Virus record (IMG/VR): IMGVR_UViG_3300044712_001462
Span: 124,001 to 188,000 of that record
DNA length: 64,000 nucleotides
Direction: 5' to 3' (one strand)
This document shows positions 21,701 through 31,144 of this stretch, one piece after another (position 1 is the stretch's first letter; each line of letters opens with the position of its first letter). Made by a program: the position numbers and the translations under genes. The notes beneath the pieces are model-generated. The model was not told the DNA's origin and did no database searches. It saw only the letters and a program-made list of their open reading frames with translations.

Positions 21701-21981
21701 GCCTGCCGAAGGGCCAGAGACATCACAGGCATGTCCTGAACCAACGGGAGAGGCTTCATCTGGTAGTTAGTATTCTTCGAAATGAAATCTCTTAGCGTCT
21801 CAGCTGTATCTCGGGGGCATTTGAGGCCCGCGGCGAAGTCCCACACAATGACCGGCCATTGTCTCTCAGCACATACCGGTACGATCTCTGCGATAGCATC
21901 CCCAAACTCATAAGTCTCAACCCAAAGGCCGGTGAAACCGGCTCGCAAATACTGCCGTACTTGCTCCCCAAGTGCTGGCAC
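18787..21981 (-). CDS. Ycf46-like AAA+ ATPase, join(21981-20947, 20700-18787); ~537 aa after intron and intein removal
   Basis: Walker A GVPGAGKS; Walker B ILFVD|EIEK restored by splicing; sensor-1 FIGT|CNNI restored by intein excision; arginine-finger region PPEFSRAERFD. Confidence 0.9.
19234..20568 (-). mobile_element. intein (445 aa) with LAGLIDADG homing endonuclease
   Basis: N-terminal CLAGGT, block B ATPDHRFF, LAGLIDADG motifs LAYFLGFCCGDG and FIAGLFDAEG, block F TVYDV, C-terminal VVHN followed by +1 Cys. Confidence 0.93.
20701..20946 (-). ncRNA. group I self-splicing intron (246 nt, no ORF)
   Basis: The 5' exon ends in U, paired U.G in P1 (GGAU/GUCC). Core elements P AATTGCAGGGAA, Q ATCTGCAGC, R GTTCAACGACTA, S GAAATAGTCT; terminal G. 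Removal fuses GAT|GAA in frame. Confidence 0.93.
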
Positions 21982-22190
21982 TAATTCGTCTCCTGTTGGT
22001 AGTCTGTCCCCAACTCCGGATTGTAGAACTCAGGTAGGAGCTCTGGTTCACCCAGAGGGACTCCCATCTTGTTGGCGAAGTTCTGCGCAATCTTCAGACA
22101 CCCCTCACCCTGGTGTCCTTCCACAGTCATCTTAAAGCGCCCATCGGGCCCGCTGGTAAACACTAGCTTTGTCATCGAATCAGCTCCCAT
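21981..22190 (-). CDS. DUF2997-like small protein
   Basis: PDG.....VEGHQGEGC............ELLPEFY motif; directly upstream of the AAA ATPase. Confidence 0.7.
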   Translation of the reverse strand: MGADSMTKLVFTSGPDGRFKMTVEGHQGEGCLKIAQNFANKMGVPLGEPELLPEFYNPELGTDYQQETN

Positions 22191-22876
22191 TCTCCAATTG
22201 TCGGCAGCAAGTCCACCAACGTTTTCCTACGTTCAGCGGCAGTTTCTAACATCGCGTTATACTTAGATAGCTCTCGCAAAATTGAATTCTCCAGAACGAG
22301 TACTTTGTTCTCAGCGGTCAGCCGCTCTACCTCGCTCTGCAGTACAAGATTTTCATTTACGCCTAATCCCATCGCCTTACCCGCCTCACAGTCCCAACAT
22401 ACGTCGTTCGTCCATCGTCAACTTATCCAACGCAGCTTGCTTCATACGTTCGCGTTCTCCACGTTCTTCCTCAGCCTTAATGCGCATCGCATCCGCATAA
22501 TCGTGTTCTCTGATCCACTCTCGGGACTCAGCACACAGTTCAGACTCCAGGCCATGTCGCCGAAGAATCGTCCGCATATCACAACAAAAACGTGTCAACT
22601 CGTTCAAACTCTGGCGTAGCCAGCCTTCTGGAGAATCCTCGTAGTAGTCGTCACAGCGACAGGGCACTACGCCACCTCCGGATTGTTAGGCCCATTAATA
22701 CCTAACAACATTTTGACCACGTCAGAGTACGAAGCTGTCACGTCGGTCATCATCTCCTCACCCGCGAAGGCAATAGATGCACTGCTATCCTCATTTTTCA
22801 GTACATAGTTCACGCGACGGAGATTGACCAATATTGGTGTTTTCGCAACGCTTAGTTCGAATTCCATCCACATCAT

Positions 22877-23242
22877 TCACATAATCCCCTGTGCTAGAAG
22901 CTCATTCGGATCATCCACTGTGGCGCTCTTTACCATCCCCGTGTCCGGGTCGATCTGCTCTTCGTACGCCAAACCAAAGCTGTGGGCTGTCAGCTTTGCC
23001 TTCTCGGCCTCATAGAAATTTTGAAGCATCTTCTGGGTGAGGGATCCTCGATCCTCGTCCATCCCAAGATACTTAGAGTCTTTGTAGAAATAGACCCGAG
23101 TACGTTGGTCAGAAATCACGGTACCTGTGAAGTAATTTCCGTTCTCAGGCTCATAGATGTCCAACAACCGACACCGCAGCATGCTCTCCACAACCGTCCG
23201 ATCTTCCATCTCGTCCATTTTCACTGGAACTGTTGCCGACAT
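22877..23242 (-). CDS. DUF1257 (Ycf35)-like protein
   Basis: MDED.G...MLQNFYEAEKAKLTA...G..YEEQ.DPDTG resembles DUF1257, which co-occurs with DUF2997 and a Ycf46 ATPase. Confidence 0.5.
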   Translation of the reverse strand: MSATVPVKMDEMEDRTVVESMLRCRLLDIYEPENGNYFTGTVISDQRTRVYFYKDSKYLGMDEDRGSLTQKMLQNFYEAEKAKLTAHSFGLAYEEQIDPDTGMVKSATVDDPNELLAQGIM

Positions 23243-23428
23243 AGTTACTCCTCAGTAATGTCCCACCAATCGTAATGCCCGTCATAGGAATCCATATCAT
23301 CCGCCACCAGAAAGTCCTCTTCGGGACCATCCACAGGCAGGCCAGAAAGTGCCACCAACTCTTCCGGTAGCTCACGGTGCGTAGCCAAAGGGAGATTAAC
23401 CAGAATCACTTCGTTCATAGCTGCCTCC

Positions 23429-23442
23429 TGTTATCGCTATTA
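23429..23442. promoter_or_regulatory. operator-like motif TAATAGCGATAACA (reverse orientation)
   Basis: TGTTATCGCTATTA lies between the DUF1580 stop and the next SD; also found at 35577, 48064 and 53804. Confidence 0.55.
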
Positions 23443-23447
23443 GGAAC

Positions 23448-23729
23448 TTACACTTTGTATCCGCGTTTCCTCAATTCCGCGTCAGCATGTACCACGCTGC
23501 CAGGGATACTAGTAGAGCGCATGGGCTCAGGGCGCGTCGAGGTTGCCTCAAAAAAACACTGGAGAGCGCGCCTGCTCGTAAAAATCCGTCCACCTATGCG
23601 CAGAGTATCTAACAGAACCCCGCGATAACCGACGGTGGCCCAGCGCCAGACTGTCGAAGAAGATGTTTTCCCAGGTAACGCCTTCGCTGCCTCAGAGAGC
23701 GAAAGCACGTCTTCGTCGTCGAATTTCAA
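23448..23729 (-). CDS. DUF1580-like HTH protein, putative excisionase/recombination directionality factor
   Basis: LSLSEAAKALPG...STVWRWA..G.RGV.L.T.RIGGRIFTSR.AL..FF; overlaps the integrase stop. Confidence 0.75.
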   Translation of the reverse strand: MKFDDEDVLSLSEAAKALPGKTSSSTVWRWATVGYRGVLLDTLRIGGRIFTSRRALQCFFEATSTRPEPMRSTSIPGSVVHADAELRKRGYKV

Positions 23730-24919
23730 CCAAATTCCTCCGCAATTGATCGAGCCAGCTTCAAGTTCTTCTCCGCGTAGATTTCGCTGGTGCGAATATG
23801 CTTGTGCCCTAACAACACCTGGCTGCCTTCTACCCCGTACTTTTCACGTACGCGAGTAGCAAGGTTGTGCCGGAGCTGATTAGGAGCCCACGGAGTTACT
23901 CCTGCTGTGATACACGCTCGCTGAACTGCGCGCCGATAGGAATTGTGGTCATAGTGTGTCCCAGGTGATTTCACACGTCTTATCTTGCGGTTAGAGCCTG
24001 GTTTGTTACCGCACGATACGGGAGTAGTGCGCCGCTTATGTCGGGCGGCTAAACGCTGCTCTTCCGCCTCCCGCGGTGAAAAGCAGTATTCCAAGGGTGA
24101 TCGTTGCAAAAAGCGACGGAGTATTTTCTGCGCCCGTCGCCCTATCGAAATTTCCCTGCGAGCATCTTCCTGGTGTGCCAGCTTGTGATCAGGTGGCACG
24201 TAGAGCCACACGGGATCTTTCATGGAAATATCACACGGCCTGAGAAGACAGATCTCCATCGGCCTCATCCCTGTCCAGTACTGCAAACGAACCATCTGCG
24301 CCACCACTTTGGGCAGGTATGGAATCGTCTGTCTCAAGTCTTTCTCAGGCACCGGCAAAATCTTTTCGGTCTCCCTGGCCTTCGTCAGCCCTTTTCTTAA
24401 CCCTTCGAGGGTATTGAGATGAGCATGCGTATTCTTCTCTACCAGCCCAGCGCTCTCTGCCCACTTGAAGAGCCGCTTCACACAACCGATATACCGGTTC
24501 ACCGTGGAGCGCGAGAGCTTGCCTTCGCGGACTAACTGGGACTGGAGATCTCGGAGAGACCGAGCATCAAAGCGATCAGCTAACGTGTGCCCATAGTATT
24601 TGAGCAGCACATCGTTAGCCGCCTTGATTACCGCTACCTGGGAGGATAGCTTCCCCCTCTTAGACTGGTAACGGATATCCACGAACTCGTCCAGATAGCG
24701 CAGGACGAGGTGGTTGACGAACAGCGGTTGAGACCTCTCTTTGGCCACCACCGCGGACCCAGGATGCACCTGCCTCCCAGCGAGATGGTCGGCAATGAGC
24801 TGCGTACCCTGCGCCTCTGCAGAGCTCTTTTCCCGGCCTAAATAAATTCGCTTTCCAGCGATGTGAACGTAGAACTGACCGGTTGCGGCATGCAGACGAA
24901 CTTGGGGTTTGCGTGGCAT
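23726..24919 (-). CDS. int: tyrosine integrase
   Basis: Arm-binding N-terminus (RLHAATGQFYVHIAGKRIYLG); catalytic TGMRPMEI, NQLRH, LLGH and IYA. ATG at 24919. Confidence 0.92.
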   Translation of the reverse strand: MPRKPQVRLHAATGQFYVHIAGKRIYLGREKSSAEAQGTQLIADHLAGRQVHPGSAVVAKERSQPLFVNHLVLRYLDEFVDIRYQSKRGKLSSQVAVIKAANDVLLKYYGHTLADRFDARSLRDLQSQLVREGKLSRSTVNRYIGCVKRLFKWAESAGLVEKNTHAHLNTLEGLRKGLTKARETEKILPVPEKDLRQTIPYLPKVVAQMVRLQYWTGMRPMEICLLRPCDISMKDPVWLYVPPDHKLAHQEDARREISIGRRAQKILRRFLQRSPLEYCFSPREAEEQRLAARHKRRTTPVSCGNKPGSNRKIRRVKSPGTHYDHNSYRRAVQRACITAGVTPWAPNQLRHNLATRVREKYGVEGSQVLLGHKHIRTSEIYAEKNLKLARSIAEEFG

Positions 24920-24929
24920 GGCTGACCTT

Positions 24930-25207
24930 TTTAGTTGGTAGTCGACTACCAACTAAACTGTAAAGCAATCAGCAGGCCAGCCCTGGCTGTTTTCCTAAGT
25001 TCTTATGCTGTAAGGCTTTACTGAGTGGGCCGTGACAGACTCGAACTGTCGCCCTCTTGCATGTCAAGGAAAAACAGGCGAAATGAGGTCACTCGTAAAA
25101 ACGGCCCAAAACCTTTACAGATAAGCACTTAAGCGTCATTGCATACTTCGCAGCTGGCTTTACTTTTTGCCCATTTTTTCAGCGATAGTTGGTAGTTAGT
25201 TGGTAGT
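24930..25207. other. attP site: tRNA-derived core flanked by arm-type repeats
   Basis: TAGTTGGTAGT at 24932-24942, inverted at 24945-24955, and tandem direct at 25186-25196 and 25197-25207; the core at 25026-25068 lies between them. Confidence 0.8.
25026..25068 (-). pseudogene. 3' half of tRNA-Val(GAC), attP core
   Basis: Reverse complement C-TTGACAT-GCAAG-AGGGC-GACAG TTCGAGT CTGTC-ACGGCCC-A gives the anticodon loop, T-arm and acceptor 3' strand; the 5' half is absent. Confidence 0.85.
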
Positions 25208-25250
25208 CCTAACCGCCAACATACCGCGCCAAAAACGTGCGCCAAGTAAC

Positions 25251-25285
25251 AAAAAACGGCTGTGACAGTTTCCCATCACAGCCGT
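25251..25285 (-). terminator. intrinsic terminator
   Basis: ACGGCTGTGA...TCACAGCCGT followed by a U-tract. Confidence 0.8.
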
Positions 25286-25310
25286 CTCTCAGGTTGCTCG
25301 GAGGGCCGAG

Positions 25311-26708
25311 CTATGCTGCAGAATCAACAACCACATCCAACCCCGGTACCGCCTCTCCCCAGAACTCCTCTTCATTGATTCTCGAGGCGTTGAACAGTCG
25401 ACGACCAATAAAGGCATTCCAGGCCTCAATCAGAATCCGCCGATAACACATTCCTGCGGTGTCCGAGCCGCCTTCAGACCGATTAACATCTTTCGCAAAG
25501 TTACACGCCACACGGAGTGCCGAGTAGGACGTATTCGCATTCGCTGTCTGATCAGTCAGTCCTGTGACAAAACTAATAGCAGACGCGGGAAGAGCGTGAA
25601 TGATGTTGTCTTTGGCTTTCTTGTCAGACACCACATGCTTCTTGATGTGATCTGTAATCCGGTCGCACATCGTCCAGCGATCCATCTTCTCCATACCAGG
25701 CAACGGAGTCCAACACGGTAACGGACCACCCGTCAGAGGCTTCTTACCTGTGTACCAACCGTTGGAGCCCAGATAAACCACCGCGGCAATGTCCGAGGCA
25801 TCAAATGGAAAAGCGTTCACCCACTCGTTACGAGTAGTCCGCTTGTTGTAGACCTTTCTAGGGTGATACCGGTCGACGGCCCAAGCGTAAGCATGAATAT
25901 TACGCAGCTCGGAAAGGTAATCGAACAAAATCTCCGCATCAAACGTCGAACACAGTTGCCAAGGCCTACCGCTATTACGACACACATCGTAACTGTGAAT
26001 TCGACGAATAACAGCAGTCACCTGGGAACCAGGACTCCAGCCTAGGGCACCCAGGAGACGTCCAAATTCATCGCTCTGGAAATCACTGGGCAAGGAAAAC
26101 TGCATGGTGTGCCCGCAGAAAGAGGGCAACGTCAATGTGTGAAATGTCCGGTCATCCGGCGCAGGCACGCAGGTTCGTCCGCGGCGAATAGAACATTGAT
26201 AGGCTGGCTCTAAAGCCGCCTGGGGCTCTGGAGGCATGACCTCGTCTACTGGACGGCTGCACTCACCGCCAACAGCTCGCAGCAGTCGATTGTACTCGGC
26301 TACTGTAATGCGCTTCTCTGCGTATTCAGACCAGTTGTGGGAAATCAAAATGGATGTGTGCTTCTTCTTACTTGCGTCAACCGTGTTGTCGAGCACAATA
26401 TCCGAATCGGTTACCACCAGATCAGGGTAGACAGTAGCCTCGTATACGGCATCCTGTTTATAGCTTTGTAGCATAGCCTGTCTGTTAACCGCAACTGTCT
26501 TGTCGGGGGTTGTCTTGTTAGTCTTTTGGATCAGCTCCTCAGTGATCGGAACCACCCCCAACGTAAAAGCGGGTGAGGAATAGAGACGATGTCCACTATT
26601 CTGAAGAAAGGTCTCAAACCATCCTGGTTTGTGGTTAAAAGGTAAAGGCAGCTGACTAGTCATACGTCGAACACTCCATTTTCCTGTACACGTCACGAAA
26701 GAAATCAA
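25311..26708 (-). CDS. large hypothetical protein
   Basis: Open for 465 aa (likely start 26663); C-terminal LIEAWNAFIG motif. Confidence 0.6.
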   Translation of the reverse strand: MISFVTCTGKWSVRRMTSQLPLPFNHKPGWFETFLQNSGHRLYSSPAFTLGVVPITEELIQKTNKTTPDKTVAVNRQAMLQSYKQDAVYEATVYPDLVVTDSDIVLDNTVDASKKKHTSILISHNWSEYAEKRITVAEYNRLLRAVGGECSRPVDEVMPPEPQAALEPAYQCSIRRGRTCVPAPDDRTFHTLTLPSFCGHTMQFSLPSDFQSDEFGRLLGALGWSPGSQVTAVIRRIHSYDVCRNSGRPWQLCSTFDAEILFDYLSELRNIHAYAWAVDRYHPRKVYNKRTTRNEWVNAFPFDASDIAAVVYLGSNGWYTGKKPLTGGPLPCWTPLPGMEKMDRWTMCDRITDHIKKHVVSDKKAKDNIIHALPASAISFVTGLTDQTANANTSYSALRVACNFAKDVNRSEGGSDTAGMCYRRILIEAWNAFIGRRLFNASRINEEEFWGEAVPGLDVVVDSAA

Positions 26709-28058
26709 TCACCTGTTTTGGCGACTCTGCGTGCAGAAGTTCAACGTTAAACGTTGGACCGTCGCCCCGGGTATTGAACTGAGCTTCGGCACTGATGGCT
26801 GACTGCCCCTGATGCTCGAACAGCTCAATACCTACGTTAACCGCCCGGGTCCCCCGGTCATAAATCCACATGTAAGCAGCCCGTCGAGCAGTCGACAGCA
26901 CAAAAACGTTGCTCTCCTTGAAGCCATAATCCAGATAATCATTCCAGGTTGCTGACATCAAACTTCTCCACGGAGTTCTTATACCCGCACGCCGGGCAAA
27001 TACACTCCGACTCACGATCCCACTCAAAACCACCTTCCTGAACAATGTCACTATCCGTGAGAAGAATAGTGCACTCTGCTGCGATCTGCAGAGTCGAGGA
27101 CTGGCCGCACGCCGGGCAGGCCAGTCCCTCTAAGAATCCTGTGTTACTCATCCTCGAACTCGTCCTCCAGCCATCCTAGAGACTTGAATGCGCTCCATAC
27201 CTCGTCTTCCCCGAACTCACCGTCCCCGATGTTGTGCTCCCACAACCAACTAGAGACCTCTTCTGCCCAGTCATCGGGAAGACCACATATGGCATCACTC
27301 GGACACAACCACTGAATCCGCTCAATAGCGTCTTCGTGTTCTCGCTCATTGAGGTCCGAGTCGTCAAGAACAGGATAGTCTTCTAGCCGATCCTGGATTT
27401 CGTTCCACTTTTTGAAGGCAGGAGTGATCTGCCCTTGGGCGTCATAGACACGGATGGAATACCCTGAGATCCATCCGCAGGCCCAATGACTGTGCTCCTC
27501 CGGAACAGCTGTACCGTCTTCCACAAACGGCTTCATTTCCTCAACGATCGCTGCGGCGTTACTCTGGTCTAAAACATCGGAGTCGCGATTGTGGGTGTAG
27601 ACAATGCACCAGTTCTCAGAATCATCAGGCTCGCCAAACCAACAGAAGCATTCCATCTTGCGCCAACTGCCAGCTGCTTCTTTGGCTAGGTCTTCGAGCT
27701 GAGAACTACTCACGTCGAGCGTCCCAGGCATTCAATAGACCTGCCAACTCATCCAGGTCACGATCCCGAATCGTGTAGTATTCCTGCCGCACAAACTCTG
27801 CGGCTTCCTCGTCTGACCAGTCTGGACGGTAGGCCAGAACCCCATCAACACACGACATCTCGTGAATGACTCTAAGCACGATCTTCTCCCTCCACGACTT
27901 CGATCTCGAAATCCTCCAGACAACCGATGGGTATGGTTCTGTGAAACTCATCTAGCGATGCGAAGGAATACTCGCTCCACGCACCTAATCTGTTTTCTCC
28001 GGCTGGCAGAAATGCTCTGTCATCACCGTCACTCAGGTCATTCACAATCTGTGTCACC

Positions 28059-28733
28059 TTAATCCGCATGTTTCCTCCGATAGACAAACAATGCATCCCT
28101 GATACCAGGCCACTGCGGGATGCTACATACTTTTACCGACTTCCAGTACTTGTCGAGCTCGCGATGAAACCCCTCGCTGCCTGTACAGCCCCAAGTACCC
28201 TCTCCGACGTACAGGAAATACTCTCCCCGGTAAGTGCGCAGAGCCCTTAAAGCCAAATGGCTTCTGTACGGGGGCCAGCACATAAATAGAGTTCTACCTT
28301 GGTGCTCTCGAGGCGTACGAGATGTTCCGCGATGCACAGAGGTGTACGTTACATAATGCCCGTACGGGTTCTCGCTACAGGCACTTCCAGGCGGGTTCTT
28401 ATCCACAGCCAGAACATCAACACCGCGATGTTCTAATAAGCTGGCCCAATAGCCTGTCCCAGCGCCCACTTCCAGAATGGGAGAAAAGTCAGCCAGCGTA
28501 TCCAAGGCATTCTCGTCGGGAATAGCCCACGCCCACTTGCAAGTACAGGCGTGGCGCAGGGCCCGTACTAACATGAAATCCCAAGGTCGCTCCTTATGAC
28601 AAATCTCAAACACTTGGTGGACAGTCAGATACGGATTCGAGCCCTCTGAGTTTTGCTCAATAAAGAGTCGGGCGAATTCTTTGTTATCCAGCTCTCGCTC
28701 AGTATAAGTAGTCGATTGGTACAACGACTCCAT
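28059..28733 (-). CDS. SAM-dependent methyltransferase-fold protein
   Basis: ILEVGAGTGYWA...VLAVD...LFMCWPPY. Confidence 0.7.
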   Translation of the reverse strand: MESLYQSTTYTERELDNKEFARLFIEQNSEGSNPYLTVHQVFEICHKERPWDFMLVRALRHACTCKWAWAIPDENALDTLADFSPILEVGAGTGYWASLLEHRGVDVLAVDKNPPGSACSENPYGHYVTYTSVHRGTSRTPREHQGRTLFMCWPPYRSHLALRALRTYRGEYFLYVGEGTWGCTGSEGFHRELDKYWKSVKVCSIPQWPGIRDALFVYRRKHAD

Positions 28734-29226
28734 ATTGCTGCCTTTCTAGTTCAGTAGCCACGCGGGCCCGAAACACTTTACGGCCAAAATACTCATCCTC
28801 ATCGCCATCCGCTTCTTCTCGCTGGTACTTGAGCCAATGAGCCATATCTTGAGCCACACACTCAATCCCACGAAACCAACGATCAACCTCCCACTTCCGA
28901 TTGATGTTGAAGGTATTGCTACCTCCCTCGTAGCGAGACTCAATGATTGCTAGAGGTAGCCGCGGGCGAGTAAACTCTTTTTGCTGTTCCTCGCGCTTGT
29001 CTCGGAGGCTCCAAGGAATCCCATCTGGCCAGCGGTCGTACTGCCAACGAGGCATGTTGTGACTACGACATTGGTGCTGACCTTCCCACTTCGTTCCGCA
29101 GAAACCGCAATAGTTGGTTCCGAAACTGCACGCAAGCCAGCGCTCCCCGCAAGCCATACACTCGTACTCTGTCATGCCATCGTCGACATATCCGACCGCT
29201 CGCCATTTGTTCATCCCACTAACCCC

Positions 29227-29790
29227 TTACCAGGAAGATGTGTAAATGTATTCGACGTTGTAGTCGCCTTCATCCTGCTCCAGCAACTCCTCAAGCAGCT
29301 TCTTCGTGTATTGGAGATCCTGAACGTACCAGCCGTTGTACTCGGTCTCTCCGAAAAAGAACCCACTTCTCGTGGGCAAGAGCTCTTCGCATACCTGCGT
29401 ATTGACCACGATCTCCCCGTCTACCATAGTGGTTTCTACCCTGCCGTCACCATGGTACGTCGTACACCCAGGAAGCGGGCACGGAGTTAGCTCCACAGAG
29501 GCCAACACCTCGTTAATTGTTGTCAGCAGCTCTTTGAGTCCCGCTCGATCTGCTCGAAATTCTCGACAATTATCCACGCCATCTTGCACGTTATCGACGA
29601 ACCAGTTGTGTATGGCGTTCGCTTTGCGCCAGTAACCCACCTGCTCAGTAACGTAGCTAACCTTCTTAGGATCAATCTCGGTGTAAGGCTCTCCGCCCCG
29701 CGTCACAGTAACCCAAAACTTATCTTCGTCTTTCTGATGGTCCCAGCGCTGAACGTACGTGCGCCGGTACAAGTACATGTCTAAACCCAC
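29227..29790 (-). CDS. conserved phage protein (MGLDMY/YWRKANAIH family)
   Basis: MGLDMYL...YWRKANAIHNWF...LLPTRSGFFFG...Y.SSW. Confidence 0.7.
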   Translation of the reverse strand: MGLDMYLYRRTYVQRWDHQKDEDKFWVTVTRGGEPYTEIDPKKVSYVTEQVGYWRKANAIHNWFVDNVQDGVDNCREFRADRAGLKELLTTINEVLASVELTPCPLPGCTTYHGDGRVETTMVDGEIVVNTQVCEELLPTRSGFFFGETEYNGWYVQDLQYTKKLLEELLEQDEGDYNVEYIYTSSW

Positions 29791-30703
29791 TACTTTGGCT
29801 CCGATTCTGTTTTCGCTATCTCAATGTCGCGCACACCCCAAACACGATGTGCATCCTCGTCATACCCCAGTGCATAAAGCTGCTTTTGCAACTCTGGATC
29901 CTCAATCTCCGACGGATATACGCCGAAACTGTCATCTGGAGCCAGATACTCCCCTGAATCAACATCTGGCTCAATCTCCCCTCGCCTGACCATTTCCAGG
30001 GCCTCTTGAAGGTTCTCAGCATCTACGCGATAGTCACAACACCACAGCTCGTAGAGTTGAACCCTATACTTCATTAAAGCACTCCTCACACACTCCGGGC
30101 CCGTAAGGACTGACACGCTCCTGACCACACTCCGTACAGAGAGGCTGGGATGTGACCTTGATCCCAAGATCCTTCAATAGGTCAAAAGCACTATGGTAGG
30201 TGGAGCCCAGATCTGGCCACCATAGCGAGCAATCCGTGTCGTAAAGACTGTGAACTCCGCCCATATGATGCACATCGTCCACAAACTCGAGTATCACTCG
30301 AATCATCCGTTCGGCATCTCGGGGATCTGTCATGCCGGAACTTGTTCGTTTACCGGCGCATACAACTTCGTATAGTGCTGCGTTGCTGCCAACGCCTCCA
30401 GTCCCTTAAGCGTGTATGCCACCATGACCTCGGCTGGAATATTACAATGCCCCGGCAGTCCGTGCTTCTTGAACAGAGCCTCCAAATCAGACCGCAACAC
30501 AATGTTCTCAATGTACATATCTTTCATATACATGTTCTTCTCTCCTGATTAGTTACTTGTTATTGGCTCAACAGGCACAACATTCCACTCTTGACCGCGG
30601 AACTCCAAATCAGCGTACTCGTTGGCCTGATCCGCGAAATCAAAAGGGCCATACAGACCAATACCATCAAACACATTCCCTACGGCAATAACGTAAAGAC
30701 CCA

Positions 30704-31144
30704 TTAGGCCCTCATCTCATAAGTGACATACCCAGACGTTTTACAGACCACTGGCAGAGGCAACACAATCAGCCCCTGCCAGGTACCAATAGAGGTCCAG
30801 CCATTTAACGCCTCTTTGTCCGCTCGGACTGTGATGTAGGCTGAACCGTTGTGCGCTAGATAAGCAGCGATATCACTGAGTACCGCTTCGCGCTGAGAAA
30901 TATCTGGTATCACGTTTAAGACAAACGTGTTGAGTACCGTATCAAAGAGTCCCTGTGGGCGGTCTGGGAAGAAGTACGGATCATACTTCTCCCAGCCGTA
31001 GGTATCAGCATCTGTGCCGTGACCACACCCGTAGTCCAGCGTACGTCCTGTGATTAACTTCTTTTCAACCAGTTTCCTAGCTGGGGCCGAAGGTTGCTTT
31101 CTGTGCAGCGCTGTTTTGTGTGATTTATTAGATCGCTGGAGCAT
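30704..31144 (-). CDS. small class I SAM-dependent methyltransferase
   Basis: TLDYGCGHGTD...YDPYF...FVLNVI...AYITVR. Confidence 0.75.
   Translation of the reverse strand: MLQRSNKSHKTALHRKQPSAPARKLVEKKLITGRTLDYGCGHGTDADTYGWEKYDPYFFPDRPQGLFDTVLNTFVLNVIPDISQREAVLSDIAAYLAHNGSAYITVRADKEALNGWTSIGTWQGLIVLPLPVVCKTSGYVTYEMRA

Noticed and set aside
25026-25100. Complete tRNA-Val gene
   Set aside because: No D-arm, 5' acceptor strand or 5' anticodon stem is present; it is an att core.
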